64,000 nucleotides of DNA from Podarcis vaucheri (lineage: Eukaryota), in the NCBI GenBank assembly GCA_965113315.1, contig OZ220374.1, one strand, 5' to 3'. Shown here one piece after another: positions 11,501 through 24,017 of the stretch. The notes under the pieces were generated by a model, which saw nothing but the letters and a program-made list of their open reading frames with translations, was not told where the DNA came from and ran no database searches. The first letter of the stretch is position 1. Each line of letters begins with the position of its first letter. A program made the position numbers and the translations under genes.

Positions 11501-13628
11501 CAAAGACAAAAAGAAGCCTTTCTATCTGCTCAGCTGTATGATAAAGTGGGACTGGGATATATTGAGTATGAGATGACACTGGACATCTCGTGACACTCAA
11601 AATCTTCTGCCTAAAGTTAGGGCTGGCCCCAGATGTGACAGTGAAAGGCAGCTGATTATAAAACACCAAAGAGAAAGTCTAACAAGGAGGGTGTGCACAT
11701 ATAGAATCATAATTACGAACATACACTCTGCATAAAGCATCAGAGATAAAAGTCTGAAGCTGTATCACTTCATAACTAAATTAAAATGAGGGTTCATTAA
11801 CATAACTCTTAGGGGCACAGTGGACTGTTTCTCTCCACATCCCATCCTCACTCCAATCTGGACTGAATACAAGCAAGTTTGTGCAAAGAAGCTTATTTAT
11901 ATACTGCTTTTCACTTATACATTTATGAATCGCAATGCAATTCACAATATACATAAAATCATTAAAACCAGCATTCCAAATATCAAAAGAGTCATAATTT
12001 CAACAACTACAGCTTCAAGAACCAAAAGAGAACTGCATACAGTCAGGAAACACCAAGGTAAGTAGAAAGGTCTTTTAACTGTCTATGAAAGCACCTCATC
12101 ATCAGTACCTGACTGATCTCCATAGGGAACTCAATCCACAAAATGGGAACAAACTCTCTTTTAAACCCTGGCCTAGCACATTTCAATAGGTCATGGTACA
12201 GTCAGGAGAGCACAGCCCGTAGATCAAAGCTGTATGGGCGCACATTATGACTCATTGCAAACAGCTCTAAAATGTGTTGAACTGCAGGCTACTGAAACTA
12301 CTTCTATTCGCTCTTTTCCACAAGTTCCATCAGCTTACATAGAAACGAAGCACCCTGCTACCATTGTGTGAATTGGCCCCAATATGCAACACAATGGTGT
12401 TGGTCTGCAGCTACCAAAAACACTTGTGGCACTTGTCCATGTGTGTCTCCATCTTCGGTCAACCAGCTACTCTGAAGGTATAAATTTCTACACACACATA
12501 CATATATAACCACCTCATCCACTCCACAGCTCTTGAATGAATCGGGATCCTGTCCCTGAAAACTAATAGCACAGTGTTTATGATGGATGCTTGAAAATAC
12601 AGCCTTATAGCATGTAGCAACGGATTTATGTCAAGTTGCTGCTCATGCAAGTTGGGATTTTTTACACCACAGCAACCTCACGGTGAAAACTGAATGCATA
12701 CGTGAACCAGTCCTTATTTTCTTGCAGTACTGTAAATCCTCCTACCCCTAGTAACTGGGAAGAGGAGGTGGGGTGGAGGGAAGAAAAATGTCCTTGCAAT
12801 GGCTTCCTACAAATGGAACTGGAATTTCCATGGAGGTTTGAACAGTGAGGTGACCAAGGAGTTTGCTTTCACGTCTTATAGACTTTGTGCTGTGTTAATC
12901 CAGAATAAATGTCCATCATGCCATACTCCTGTTACCTGATTTGAGACTTGGGGAGTGGGGTCTGAGATGCCTCAAAGTTTGAGAATAATACCTCAGCTCA
13001 GAGCTACAAAAGAGAATCTACTGTAAGGCCTTTAAGACTCGAGACTCCAGACTTAAGACTGCAAGAAACACCGTCCTCTATCTTGCAAACATGTTTATCA
13101 TTTCATCATGGGAATCTGCCCTGATTCACCTGCCCAATGGTACTTGGGTGGTGTTTGGAGGAGATAATGTCAAATTATCTCCTCCAAACACCATCCACCC
13201 TCACAGTAGGGCATACCTCACCCAAAATCCCCAAAGTAACTTGTGGCAGAGCTTGGAAGTCCTTACAATCCAAACAAAACAGACGCCCATTAAACCCGCA
13301 AAAGGCCTTTGATATATCCAAAGCGATTCTCAGTACTGAGGCTTCTGTTTGCAAGAACAATATGACAATAAGAGTGGGCTGCAAAAGAATTAATCCACGA
13401 TAAACCATCAGCCCCATCCCTAAATAAAATTCACAAACAAGCCCTGATCAAGCCTTCTCTTGTCATTTTAATAACCATTTCCTACATCATGGACCTTTTC
13501 GGCAACCACTTTTCATTTTCTCATTACTGGGTGGGTATAGTCAGTGAACTTAGATTATATGAACTTGACATTTTTCATTCTTCCCCCTTTAAGGAAAGTC
13601 AGTCCATGCAAAGAACCATCAAAACAAT

Positions 13629-13634
13629 TTTATT
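13629..13634 (-). terminator. Likely ARHGAP21 polyadenylation signal
   Basis: tttatt on + = AATAAA on -, about 870 nt after the stop, at the end of an AU-rich repeat-free 3' UTR. Confidence 0.65.
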
Positions 13635-14502
13635 TCCAGTGTTTTAAGCGGGTATGCACACAGGCATGATACAGATTTGGATTCATTAAAGTCTTCATGC
13701 AGAATTATATTCTCAATAAAAGAAACCAGTTCCATCCAGGATCCACTATCTACACGCCTATGTTACAACATTTATATCAAATCTGGTATCTGAGGAAAAG
13801 ATACAGATGGAGTATATACATTTAAGTTACTTATTTTACAGAAAGATTAAAAATTCAAGTCACATAAAACTCAAAAACTGTATTAAAACTGGAATATAAA
13901 ACTCAGAAATCCAACTGGAATGCCTAAGGAATGGAAGCTCTGTACCCACCTGTGTTAAAATTTGTAAAATGTCATGAAACGTCTTACCAGTAAAATGTAT
14001 TCATTTGTTGTTTATATTAACATCCTCTAATTTAACAATTATTATGGCACCCTAACAAACCAAATGAACTCTTTTTTTTGATGAGGCACTTGTTAGTGAC
14101 TAAAGCCAAAAGAACATTTTTTTCCTGCATACTAATGCCAGTTGTCAGTCATAAAAAACATGTACACATTACATAACATGTTGCATTAGATGCTTTGTTC
14201 CACATGTGTATGCAGCAATCAAATATACTTTTATTTAAAATAAATTTATTTTTATATATTTATATATATTTATTTATATATATATATTTTAGACTCTACC
14301 CTCCCACCCAATATTGTGGCTGTATTAATGCACCATAAAGACCTTTTCCACAGCGCATATAGATGAAACAAACCTCCTTTGAGAGCTGCAAAAGTAACAT
14401 CATACAGGGGGAAATAAACACATACAGAAAAACTGGGAAAGTGTTAAAAAAGAAGCTGCTAATTGAATTGCTGTAGTGGACATCTGAATTTCTCTCTCCA
14501 TT

Positions 14503-16224
14503 TCAAAGATACTGGTAGAATCGAGATCTAACCACCTGGGTCCCAGATAATTTATGAGGATGGGCATCAACTGCTGGGCTGAAGTTGCTTTTGTTCATAT
14601 TCTGGTAGCTTTCTCCATTAACATGGTCTAGTGGCTGCAGCGATCCTGACACTGGTGTTCGAGGAACCAGAGTCAAACTACTACTAGAAGAAAAGCCACC
14701 TTCCTCTGCCCACATCTCTGCAGATGAAGAGAGGTCTGTCTTTGACGAATCTGCTACTCTGCTAGTGTTCTCCCGCTTGGGTTCTCCGCTTTCCCCCACG
14801 CTAAGGTCGGTTGTGCTAGTGCGTAGACGCTCTCGTGCAAGCCAGTCTGAAATGGAGAGGTCCTGTGCTGGGCATTTGGGCTTCAGCCGGTTCACGGCTG
14901 AAGCGTCTTTCTCCCGGTTGGGATTTTTCTCTTGGACTTTCCAAGAATTCAGAACACTTATTTCAGCAAAATCTCTCTGGCCTCCCAAAGTGTGCCTTCG
15001 CCTGATGTTCTTTCTCTTGGCGGTCTCTGCAGAGTTCGATTTCTGACTGCCTACTCCAAACATATCATCTGCGGACGACTTGAGCCGCAGTTTTAACCTG
15101 TCTGTAATCTTGAGTCTCCATGTGGGCTCCTGCTTTTCAGGCTCACTTCTAGCCGACGCAGCTAAGCTGCTGGTTGACTTTCCTTTCTTCATGATGTCAA
15201 ACATTTTGGTCACCGCTGGAGACTCCTTCTCACACTTGGCATCTCCGGAGCCTTCACTGTCTGTCTTGTGCCGGGCTGATTTCTTCCGGGATAGCGTATC
15301 ACATTCAATAAGTTTGTGTGAGCTAAACAGTCTGCGGTTGTCCAGCTTGGGCGTTGAACTTCCCTCTGTGCAACTGACTTCGCTTTCTTCAGAGTTCCTC
15401 CGGCTTCCCTTTGCCACGTCTTGCGCCTTCCCCCTGAACAGCCTTTCCACTGCAGAGCTCGTGGCAAAAACGGGGAAGTCGCTCTCGCTGTCCGATTCCA
15501 CAGGGCGACCTTCGCTGATCAGCTCACTTCTCTCATCGTCAGCCTCCTCTCCTTTACTCTCCGCAACAGACTGCACCTCAGGGCTTAGCATGGTGGAATC
15601 CAAACCAGCTAGGTACGTGGTAGATGAAGTTGTGGAGTAATCAGAAGTGATGGAGCTGACATCAGCTGCTAAAAACTCACCAGGGTTGGCCAACTTTTTG
15701 CAGGAGAATCTGTGCAGAGAAGCCTGTGAAGAAGTGCTAAGCATCGTGCCTGAGTCAGAGACGGTTTCTTCCAGTTGAGAAGAGGCTTGACAAACAGGTG
15801 GTTTCACACAATCTCTCTGGGTACTTAGCCGGAAGCTGAGATTTGGCGATCTCATGTATTTTTGGTGGTAAGGTGTTGTAGGGTCTTCCGGGGGCTCACA
15901 CTCTTTACTTGGCAATGCAGCCTCCCCCTTGGCTGCCACAGAAGGCTTCTTAAGACTGCTCTCTTTTTCCTTTGGAGCTACCGTTCTCACATTTCTCCCT
16001 GCCATTTCCTTCTCCGGTTCCTCTTTAGGTGGGTTATCTTTTGCCGAGCTGCCGCAAAAGTGCTCCCCTTGCTCCCTCTTGAAAAACACATTATCTAACT
16101 CATCTTCGGAGCTGCTGGGTTGCGGTTTCTCTTTTGTTTTTTTCCGCTTGCGACTGGCTGCTGCAAAGATGGAGGACTTAAGCAGTTCTCTGCTATACTG
16201 ATCCTTTCCAGATCCCCAAGAACC
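14503..16224 (-). CDS. ARHGAP21: ARHGAP21 last coding exon ([15 protein letters not shown]...RSRFYQYL*)
   Basis: Acceptor cccatacag|GGT at 16225/16224; 1722 nt to TGA; motifs [51 protein letters not shown] typical of ARHGAP21/23. Confidence 0.95.
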   Translation of the reverse strand, partial: GSWGSGKDQYSRELLKSSIFAAASRKRKKTKEKPQPSSSEDELDNVFFKREQGEHFCGSSAKDNPPKEEPEKEMAGRNVRTVAPKEKESSLKKPSVAAKGEAALPSKECEPPEDPTTPYHQKYMRSPNLSFRLSTQRDCVKPPVCQASSQLEETVSDSGTMLSTSSQASLHRFSCKKLANPGEFLAADVSSITSDYSTTSSTTYLAGLDSTMLSPEVQSVAESKGEEADDERSELISEGRPVESDSESDFPVFATSSAVERLFRGKAQDVAKGSRRNSEESEVSCTEGSSTPKLDNRRLFSSHKLIECDTLSRKKSARHKTDSEGSGDAKCEKESPAVTKMFDIMKKGKSTSSLAASARSEPEKQEPTWRLKITDRLKLRLKSSADDMFGVGSQKSNSAETAKRKNIRRRHTLGGQRDFAEISVLNSWKVQEKNPNREKDASAVNRLKPKCPAQDLSISDWLARERLRTSTTDLSVGESGEPKRENTSRVADSSKTDLSSSAEMWAEEGGFSSSSSLTLVPRTPVSGSLQPLDHVNGESYQNMNKSNFSPAVDAHPHKLSGTQVVRSRFYQYL

Positions 16225-16825
16225 CTGTATGGGACAGACAAGTAAACAAAACGAAATACCGTCAGAGGTTAGGAAACAAAAACCCATGTTTTGTTTGACA
16301 CAAAAAAAGCTTACATTTAAAATGTGTGTCACCTAAAGAAGCATTTTTGGACTCTTACTTTAAATGGGCAAGGTGAGAAAGCTCTACCATTGTCACTGAG
16401 CGGGAATGGGCCAGATGACTTCTTTAATAAATTCACCAATTACTTAATAAGCACAGATCTACAGTCATCTGGTCTGAAATGGCTCCCTTTGTCTTAGGAA
16501 TAAACTACCCAGAGCAAACATGAGGAAGAATATCAGAAGGAAGGTAGTGTGGGCTGAAGAGCCTTTTCCTACTGAGTTCTACTAGGATCTGCTCAGTTGA
16601 AGATATTTCCCTCCCCAAAAGTTGTCAGAATAGATAAAGATGATCATTAAAATGTATTTTGAAAGTCAGGATATTATGTATGCAATATCCAAACAGTAAC
16701 ACTATCTTCTAATGCTAATTCATGACTGCAATTTCCAAATATTTTATTATTGCTGTTATTTATTATTATCCTTTCATATATAGTTCAGGGTGATGTACAA
16801 AATATGCTAAAAACACATAAAAACA

Positions 16826-16828
<3 letters not shown>

Positions 16829-16871
<43 letters not shown>
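16829..16871. repeat. (AAT)n microsatellite abutting a MITE
   Basis: Direct inspection. Confidence 0.95.
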
Positions 16872-16872
<1 letters not shown>

Positions 16873-16874
<2 letters not shown>

Positions 16875-17156
16875 GTGGTGCCTCGCAAGACAAAATTAAT
16901 CCGCGAGTCTCTTCGTCTTGCGGTTTTTTCGTCTTGCGAAGCACGGCTATTAGCGGCTTAGCGGCTATTAACGGCTTAGCGGCTATTAGCGGCTTTAAGA
17001 AAAAGGAAACAAACTCGCAAGAACTCGCAAGACGTTTCATCTTGCGAAGCAAGCCCATAGGGAAATTCGTCTTGCGGAACGACTCAAAAAACGGAAAACT
17101 CTTTTGTCTTGCGCGTTTTTCGTCTTGCGAGGCATTCATATTGCGAGGAACCACTG
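16873..17156. mobile_element. Tc1/mariner-type MITE, family A
   Basis: TA|CTGTGGTGCCTCGCAAGAC...TTGCGAGGAACCACTG|TA; repeated CGTCTTGCGA motifs. Confidence 0.85.
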
Positions 17157-17591
17157 TAATTTAAAAAACAGAAAATGGACACCCATGGCAGAGACCTTAT
17201 CATTAACTATATTACATATATTTTCCTGAATGTACTCAAACCCTTTAATTACAGTACAGTATAGTGCTCCGTTTATTATACTATTCTTCTTGCACCAGTG
17301 GTGCTGCCGGTGCCTTTTGCAATATAATCTATATTTACAATAAAAGACTTTCAATCCTTTTGTGGATTTGACCTTTAGAAGATTATAACTGCAAATCTTC
17401 ACCCTACTCACCTGGGAGAAAGACCCACTGAATTTAATCAGACTTACGTCTGAATAGACATTGTTAGGATTGCACTGAAATGCAGTAAAATACCAGGAGT
17501 GTGGCATTTGTCTACTTCCCCACATCTGTATGCAAGTAACACAGCAGATAAATATTTAGCTAGAAGGAAATTTAAAAGTGCAATGATTTAC

Positions 17592-17623
17592 CTTAGATTT
17601 TGCAGAGTCACTAGTAGCTGAAT
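17592..17623 (-). CDS. ARHGAP21: ARHGAP21 32-nt exon (DSATSDSAKSK)
   Basis: tctctcaacag|AT TCA ... AAG|gtaaat; phase 1/0 fits both neighbours. Confidence 0.9.
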
Positions 17624-18638
17624 CTGTTGAGAGAGAGAAAGTCAAAATAGAGCACTTTAGTCATCACTGCACAGAGCTTGATCTCACTCTATAGACAATG
17701 CCGGACGTATGAAAGAAGACAAGCACAGAACAAAATGTGAGAGCAAACAAGTAACAAAATAAATAAATAATCAGAACAAAGTGGATAAGAAGAGCTCACA
17801 AAGATGCAAGCTGCACCACAGAAAGCCACCGCCATGAAAGGATGCCGTGAGTTGTAGGCAGAATCAGCTCAAATGACAGAAATGGCAAAGGAGCCAAGTT
17901 CTTCTAAATAAAGCAGAACAGAAATACTAATATTTATTCAATGTCCTAATACACAGCCCTGCAAAACCGCAGCTGAGAGACCTTTTCAGGATTGTACTCT
18001 GTACGCTCCTGTAAATGACATGCACAATTTTATTTTCATTTTTTTAAGAGCCTTTGGCTACCTTCTGAAACAATTCTCAAAGGTTCTTTTTGGCAAGTCA
18101 TGTTTGTATGCTGCCAAACTGTTTGCACTGGGGTTTACATGTGAAGGCGCCCCAGTTTCATTTTCAGGTGCTCCTCTGAGCTACACATTAAGGAAATTTC
18201 AAATTGTCGCTCGCTAGATTTCCACAGCTATCAGTTTTGTACTCATCTCAAAAAAGAAGCGCTATTATGAAATGGAAAAATGGACACCATAATTTTACTG
18301 TCTGGCAGAAAACGAGGACAGAGGTTAAACAGCTATAAAGGGGATAAGGATAGGCTAGCACAGTGACCAAACGATGTTTGACTTTGCCATTCTCCAAACT
18401 CTCAGGGGGTCCCCATCCCAACCTCAGAATTCATGAGCTGAGCCCCATGCCATGCCCCTTCTGACACATGGCTAATGACTAGAAAGACTGGTAGACCATA
18501 CCATGCTATTTCTCCTCAGGGTCTGCTTCAGAAATAACAAGAAACAGCAGAAACACTTTTAAAAAGTAGCACTGATCTGTTCAAATACTCTTTAAAAGAA
18601 AAAAATTTACAGTACAGATCAACTAATTCTTTGTGCAT

Positions 18639-18781
18639 TTACAAGAAACGGGGGTTTCTGCAGACAAGGCAGCTACAATGTGGGCAACAGTCCTCCTTCT
18701 TCCTACAGTTCCAGCTGTCCATAAGTGACATCACAGAGTCCACTAGTGACATCACCGTGTGATAGACTCCTCCCACTTCTC
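18639..18781 (-). CDS. ARHGAP21: Candidate ARHGAP21 alternative terminal exon (GEVGGVYHTVMSLVDSVMSLMDSWNCRKKEDCCPHCSCLVCRNPRFL*)
   Basis: gttgaaacag|GA GAA GTG is open in the phase-1 frame of the upstream donor until TAA at 18641-18639; minus-strand AATAAA at 18029-18034 and 17933-17938, before the next exon. Confidence 0.55.
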
Positions 18782-19485
18782 CTGTTTCAACATCAGGATA
18801 GAGGGACTGTTTCAATAAAATGCTGAAAAAAGTCTTCTACGGACTAAAACACAAACTAGAAACAAAGGGATAACATTTGTGATCAACAACATGCTTGGTT
18901 AGTGAAACAGTTATGGTGGCAGTGTGGGAAAACGTCACCAAGAGAGTAAGAGCTTTGCAACAGTAGTAGTACTTAGCAGAATAATAAGGTGGCAGTCATT
19001 AAATAGAAGCAACTTATTTAGCAAAATATGAAACATACCCTATTACAAAATACTTAGGGAAAAATTGTGGTTAGTTTTCAAACAAAGTGAACTTTAAGCC
19101 TTCCTGACTTTGCAAATCAGTGCAATTTGAACAGAACGTGGATGCTAAAGCTTTCTGCCATCCCATCGACCACTTACACACTAGCAGGAATCCTGTTCAC
19201 CTCGTGGTAAGAATTACACGAAAAACCATGGTTAATGACACAATCGTGAGCATGCATAGTTCTCATGGTCTAAGAATTACAATTCGGTTGTCCAAGAATG
19301 CATCCCGAACATAGAACATGCATGCAACATGCCTAACCATTGTTCTCCTTTAAACAAAACACTTTCAATCATTTAGATTGGGGGAAATCAAGTTATTAGC
19401 AAATAAAAGGAAATAGAAGATTATAACAAATCATTAGAAGAGAGTTTTCTAGCCTACAGACTAACACTGTCCAGGCAAGAGTTAC

Positions 19486-19591
19486 CTGATACGTCTCCAG
19501 GAGATACTCCCGTCCTTCCAATGTTGGTAAGTAAATGATCTATGTTTGGCACTGGCTGAGATTCTACTGTGTTTTCCTCCTGAACTGCTGT
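19486..19591 (-). CDS. ARHGAP21: ARHGAP21 exon ([35 protein letters not shown])
   Basis: taactgcag|ACA ... TCA G|gtaact; 106 nt, phase 0/1. Confidence 0.92.
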
Positions 19592-19973
19592 CTGCAGTTA
19601 ATAAACAAAGATCTCTTCATCATTGTGTCAAAGTCAGAGGCTTCATCACGATTCAACAGTATTTACTAAACTGCAATTATTCACCTAAGAACCAATTCCT
19701 CAATAAATCGAACATTTCTGTAAAACTTTAGGGGGGGCACGCCCCCAAAACAGAGGGAAATGGAGAGGGGGAACTATTCTATTTGAGACAACTTCACAGT
19801 GAGTGGCACATTATCTGCTATTTTCATTACTGCACGGTAGTAGAGGGGTAGAAAGTTGCTTGTGATGAGCAAGTTTCACACATATGGAGAATATGTGCTC
19901 GTTGTAGAGATACTTTACTGTTGGGCCTAAATTAAGAGAGGCAGAATCCAAATAGTTAAGGGTCAGTACTTAC

Positions 19974-20015
19974 AAGGGGCTCTTCAGCATCATCTTCTGC
20001 GAAAAACCAGTCATG
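19974..20015 (-). CDS. ARHGAP21: ARHGAP21 exon, end of RhoGAP domain (HDWFFAEDDAEEPL)
   Basis: aattgtag|CAT ... CTT|gtaagt; 42 nt. Confidence 0.92.
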
Positions 20016-20149
20016 CTACAATTTAAAATAAAAGAAGTGAAAAATCCCACAAAAGTGAAATCATGAAAATGTGGACGACGCCGAAATATAAGGAAAGGAG
20101 GATTGAGCAGATCAAAAAAGAAGAAGCAGAATCAAACCCAGTCTAGCTA

Positions 20150-20398
<249 letters not shown>

Positions 20399-20855
20399 TC
20401 ATCTATAAAAGCAAAGACTGACTTTAGATGAATTTATAGAGGATAGGGCTATCGATGGCTACTAGGCATGGTATTATCTCCAGTATAAGAAGCAATGTGC
20501 CTCTATATGACAGTTCCTGGGAAACCTGAGCAGGAGCGCTACTGCATGCATGTGCTGTCGGCTTCCCAAAGGCATCTGGTCTGGTGAGTCACTGTGGGGG
20601 AAAGGATGCTGGGAAAGGCAAAAAGTTTGTTTAATCCAGCAGGGCCCAGTTTATGTTTTTTTTCTGGCAAAAGGGCAAATTTTACTAGTGATTTCTAACT
20701 GTTCACTCTGCAGATTAAAGAACAGCATAGCAACCCTTGGCAACCTCCTGCCCTCCAACCCCAATGTTGACAAGTGTCCAAAACATGGCTCCTTTTAGCA
20801 CACCATTTTCTAATCGTACTGGGAGTAAGCAGAGGTTGGGTGGCCACCTTGAGTT

Positions 20856-20929
20856 GAGATTCCTGTAGTGCAGGGGGTTGAGCTAGATGACCCTCGGGGT
20901 CTCTTGAAACTCCACAATTCTATGATTCT
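20856..20929 (+). mobile_element. 3' part of CR1-tailed SINE
   Basis: gagattcctgtagtgcagggggttg..ctagatgacc..ttctatgattct; same tail as other copies in the window. Confidence 0.65.
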
Positions 20930-21306
20930 TCAGGATGTAAAGAACCGCAAATGTTAGCAAATGAATCCTACCCTTCTCAGCGGCCTCCCAAGCAAAAGAT
21001 GCAGAGCTCAGCGTTGCTCCCCTAAGAAGTTCTGAGGCTCTAAGCCAATGCTGCACACACAACATTCCTAGGCAGCTGCAGTTCTGCAAGCTAACCAGTG
21101 AGTTGCAGCTGCTCCCGACTGAATCTAAAAGGTACATTTCTCCTGGAAAAGGTCTAAATCTTTGGAGAAATAAAGCAAAACATCTCTGGTTCAACACAAC
21201 ACTTCCCCATCCCCATCCCCCTCATCTCAGGCTTGGAATTTCCTTCTTCTCCCCCAAACTTCAACTGGAAAGCAGCTCACTAAGAGTTGGGGTGGCCACT
21301 ATTTTA

Positions 21307-21675
<369 letters not shown>

Positions 21676-21746
21676 TCACACAGCTTTAAAAGAATCATAC
21701 ATAACCACAAATAATTTGCCTAAGTGGGTATATAAAATCAGCATAC

Positions 21747-21820
21747 CAGCCTTTTTAGTGTTTTTAGTCGTTCCACAGGATCTACTTTTCTATTGGCATC
21801 TATGAAATCTGCATATTTGT
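21747..21820 (-). CDS. ARHGAP21: ARHGAP21 RhoGAP exon ([25 protein letters not shown])
   Basis: ttctcttcag|AC AAA ... CTG|gtatgc; 74 nt, phase 1/0. Confidence 0.93.
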
Positions 21821-23430
21821 CTGAAGAGAAAAAAAATTATTTTATTGCAGGACATCATATACAATCGAACAGATTTTTTATTAGGAAAAGAAAAGAAATG
21901 CAATATGACTTGAGCAAAGGAGTGGAATACACATTATAAATTCATCATAAAGCAAGCAGATGATTCAGCCTGCCTGAATCCCTGTATCCTGTCTACTAGA
22001 AATTCAACAAAAACATATTATATAGGCTATAAATTTACTCCATAAGAGGTTCTAATAACATGATGTGAAGTTTAATTGTAAAAAAATCACACTTCATTTC
22101 TATCAAACAGTGATTAAATGAGGCTTAAAATTATACCCTGTCATTCATTTGTACTTTATCTGAAACTATTCCATTTGGACAAAACCATAATGAATGTACA
22201 GAGTCTGCCTGAATAAAACTACATCTGACAATGTTAGGATAAATTTCAGATCATCTAGATGCTACTGGTTAATTTTATTGTAACTATTCACTTTCAAATA
22301 AGGAAAGATTTGTCTGGGGTGGGGGTTGTTCTTAAACAACCAAGTCCAAACCTATTCCAGCATTTGTTGATTTCAATCTCCCCTCTTTCTTTTTGAAAAA
22401 AAATACAACAGTTTCCCAAACTGAAATCAAAGTATAGATTTTACTTAAGTGATTCATTGACCAGGGTCAAATGACTAGCAACTCAAATTCAGATTTTTCT
22501 CAGACATGCACATATTTTTTTTGCAAAAGACTATATATTAATATAAACCATAACCTCCAAGAGCTATATAACTCCACCTTTAACAGCTTCTTTAACCACC
22601 TTTTTTGTGGAATCTGGCACACATAAACTGCAGGTGGTGAAGCCTTGGCTCAATTTCTATCTCAAGCTGCTCTCAAAAGGCACAGGAGCAGGGCTTCTAA
22701 AAAGCAACAACTGCAGAAACAGCAACAAGTTCTGAGCACGTTATTTGTGAGCAACAACTTGTGACCTGCCTACAAGTAGGCCTGCATGTCTTGTGACCAG
22801 CCCACCCAAATACAACTCAACAACCATGAATGGAACCTCACGGGGGCTCACGAAAGCTCCTGCTTATAAAGCCAAACCTCTGACACCCTACAACATATGA
22901 CTGGTGGAGTTGGGCCACAATTTGTGCAGGTCGGTCCAAAGACAGCCACCTTATACCACAGTTACATCTAACTTAGCACTGTCTACTCTGACTGGCAGCA
23001 GCTCTTCAGGATTCTCAGGCAGAGGAAAGACTTTCCCATCGCCTTCTACCTGCTCCTTTTTGCTGCAGGTGTCAGGAATGACCCTGGGACCTTTTGCATC
23101 CAAAGCTGAGTTATTGATCCCATTCCCTGTCTTAAATCCCTTCTAGAAGCTGGTAAATGAAGGTGGTTGGGGTTAAGGAACACTGAAATGAATGAGAGCA
23201 AAGTTTAATGACTGAATTTATGCCTTGGGATAAGCAGAAATGGAAGGAAGAAAATAGTTCATCAAGCATCTAGACTATATATTCAGTAGTGTAACAGGCA
23301 GAAGGACTGGGAGTAAACTAGACACTCTTTAGAAATTATCACAACAGTTATTTGGTTTAATCTACCATAAGGAATTTACAACACGGCTTTTATTTTTAAA
23401 AGGCCATTTTGATTGGAAGAGAAAACTCAC

Positions 23431-23509
23431 CATTAGTGAAGAGGGGTTCTGGAAGCTTTCTGAAGAAGGATTTCAGTAAACTACTTATGACATTCAAGTC
23501 TCTCCATTT
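23431..23509 (-). CDS. ARHGAP21: ARHGAP21 RhoGAP exon ([26 protein letters not shown])
   Basis: attcttag|AAA ... AAT G|gtgagt; 79 nt; LLKxFFRxLPEPL RhoGAP motif. Confidence 0.95.
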
Positions 23510-23596
23510 CTAAGAATTGAGAAACAAGAGCATTCTTGTTAGCCTATAGTTAAGTGAAAACTTTATAGAGGCAGAAATACACATGGCATCACTCAC

Positions 23597-23752
23597 ATCA
23601 TCTTGAACGTCAATGTCAGTCATCCCTTTGTTGAGCTCCTCTTGCATGCTTGAGATAGCAGCATTATTCCCAGGAACCCTATAAATACCGGTATACTCAA
23701 GGCCTCTTTCTTCAACAAGTTTGCAGCATATATCAACTATTAGTGGAATATA
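23597..23752 (-). CDS. ARHGAP21: ARHGAP21 RhoGAP exon with arginine finger ([30 protein letters not shown]...VQDD)
   Basis: atttttcag|TAT ... GAT|gtgagt; 156 nt; intact GIYRVPG catalytic Arg (codon 23680-23678). Confidence 0.96.
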
Positions 23753-23759
23753 CTGAAAA

Positions 23760-23762
<3 letters not shown>

Positions 23763-23796
<34 letters not shown>
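23763..23796. repeat. (AG)17 microsatellite, reads (CT)n on the transcribed strand
   Basis: Direct inspection; 10 nt from the exon edge at 23752. Confidence 0.95.
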
Positions 23797-23799
<3 letters not shown>

Positions 23800-23883
23800 T
23801 TTACTACTTCTTCCCCATAATGTTTTGTGAACACAAGACACATTTTCAAAGCAAAATGTAAATGCGTGATTTTTAACTCAGAC

Positions 23884-24017
23884 CTTGTTGCTCTGAGCAG
23901 GGGGGCAGTCATCTAGCCTGACCCCAAAAGTCCCAGCAGCAGATGGCTTCTTCTCAAAGGTTTTTCTCATGATACTGGGAATGTTTCGCCATGTACCTTT
24001 CGGTGGGCTCGTCTCAC
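23884..24017 (-). CDS. ARHGAP21: ARHGAP21 exon ([45 protein letters not shown])
   Basis: ccctttacaaaaaag|GT GAG ... AAG|gtctga; 134 nt, phase 1/0; FGVRL at the RhoGAP start. Confidence 0.88.

Noticed and set aside
14765-16201. Plus-strand ORFs up to 186 aa over the last ARHGAP21 exon
   Set aside because: Antisense shadow ORFs of Ser/Lys/Glu-rich coding sequence.
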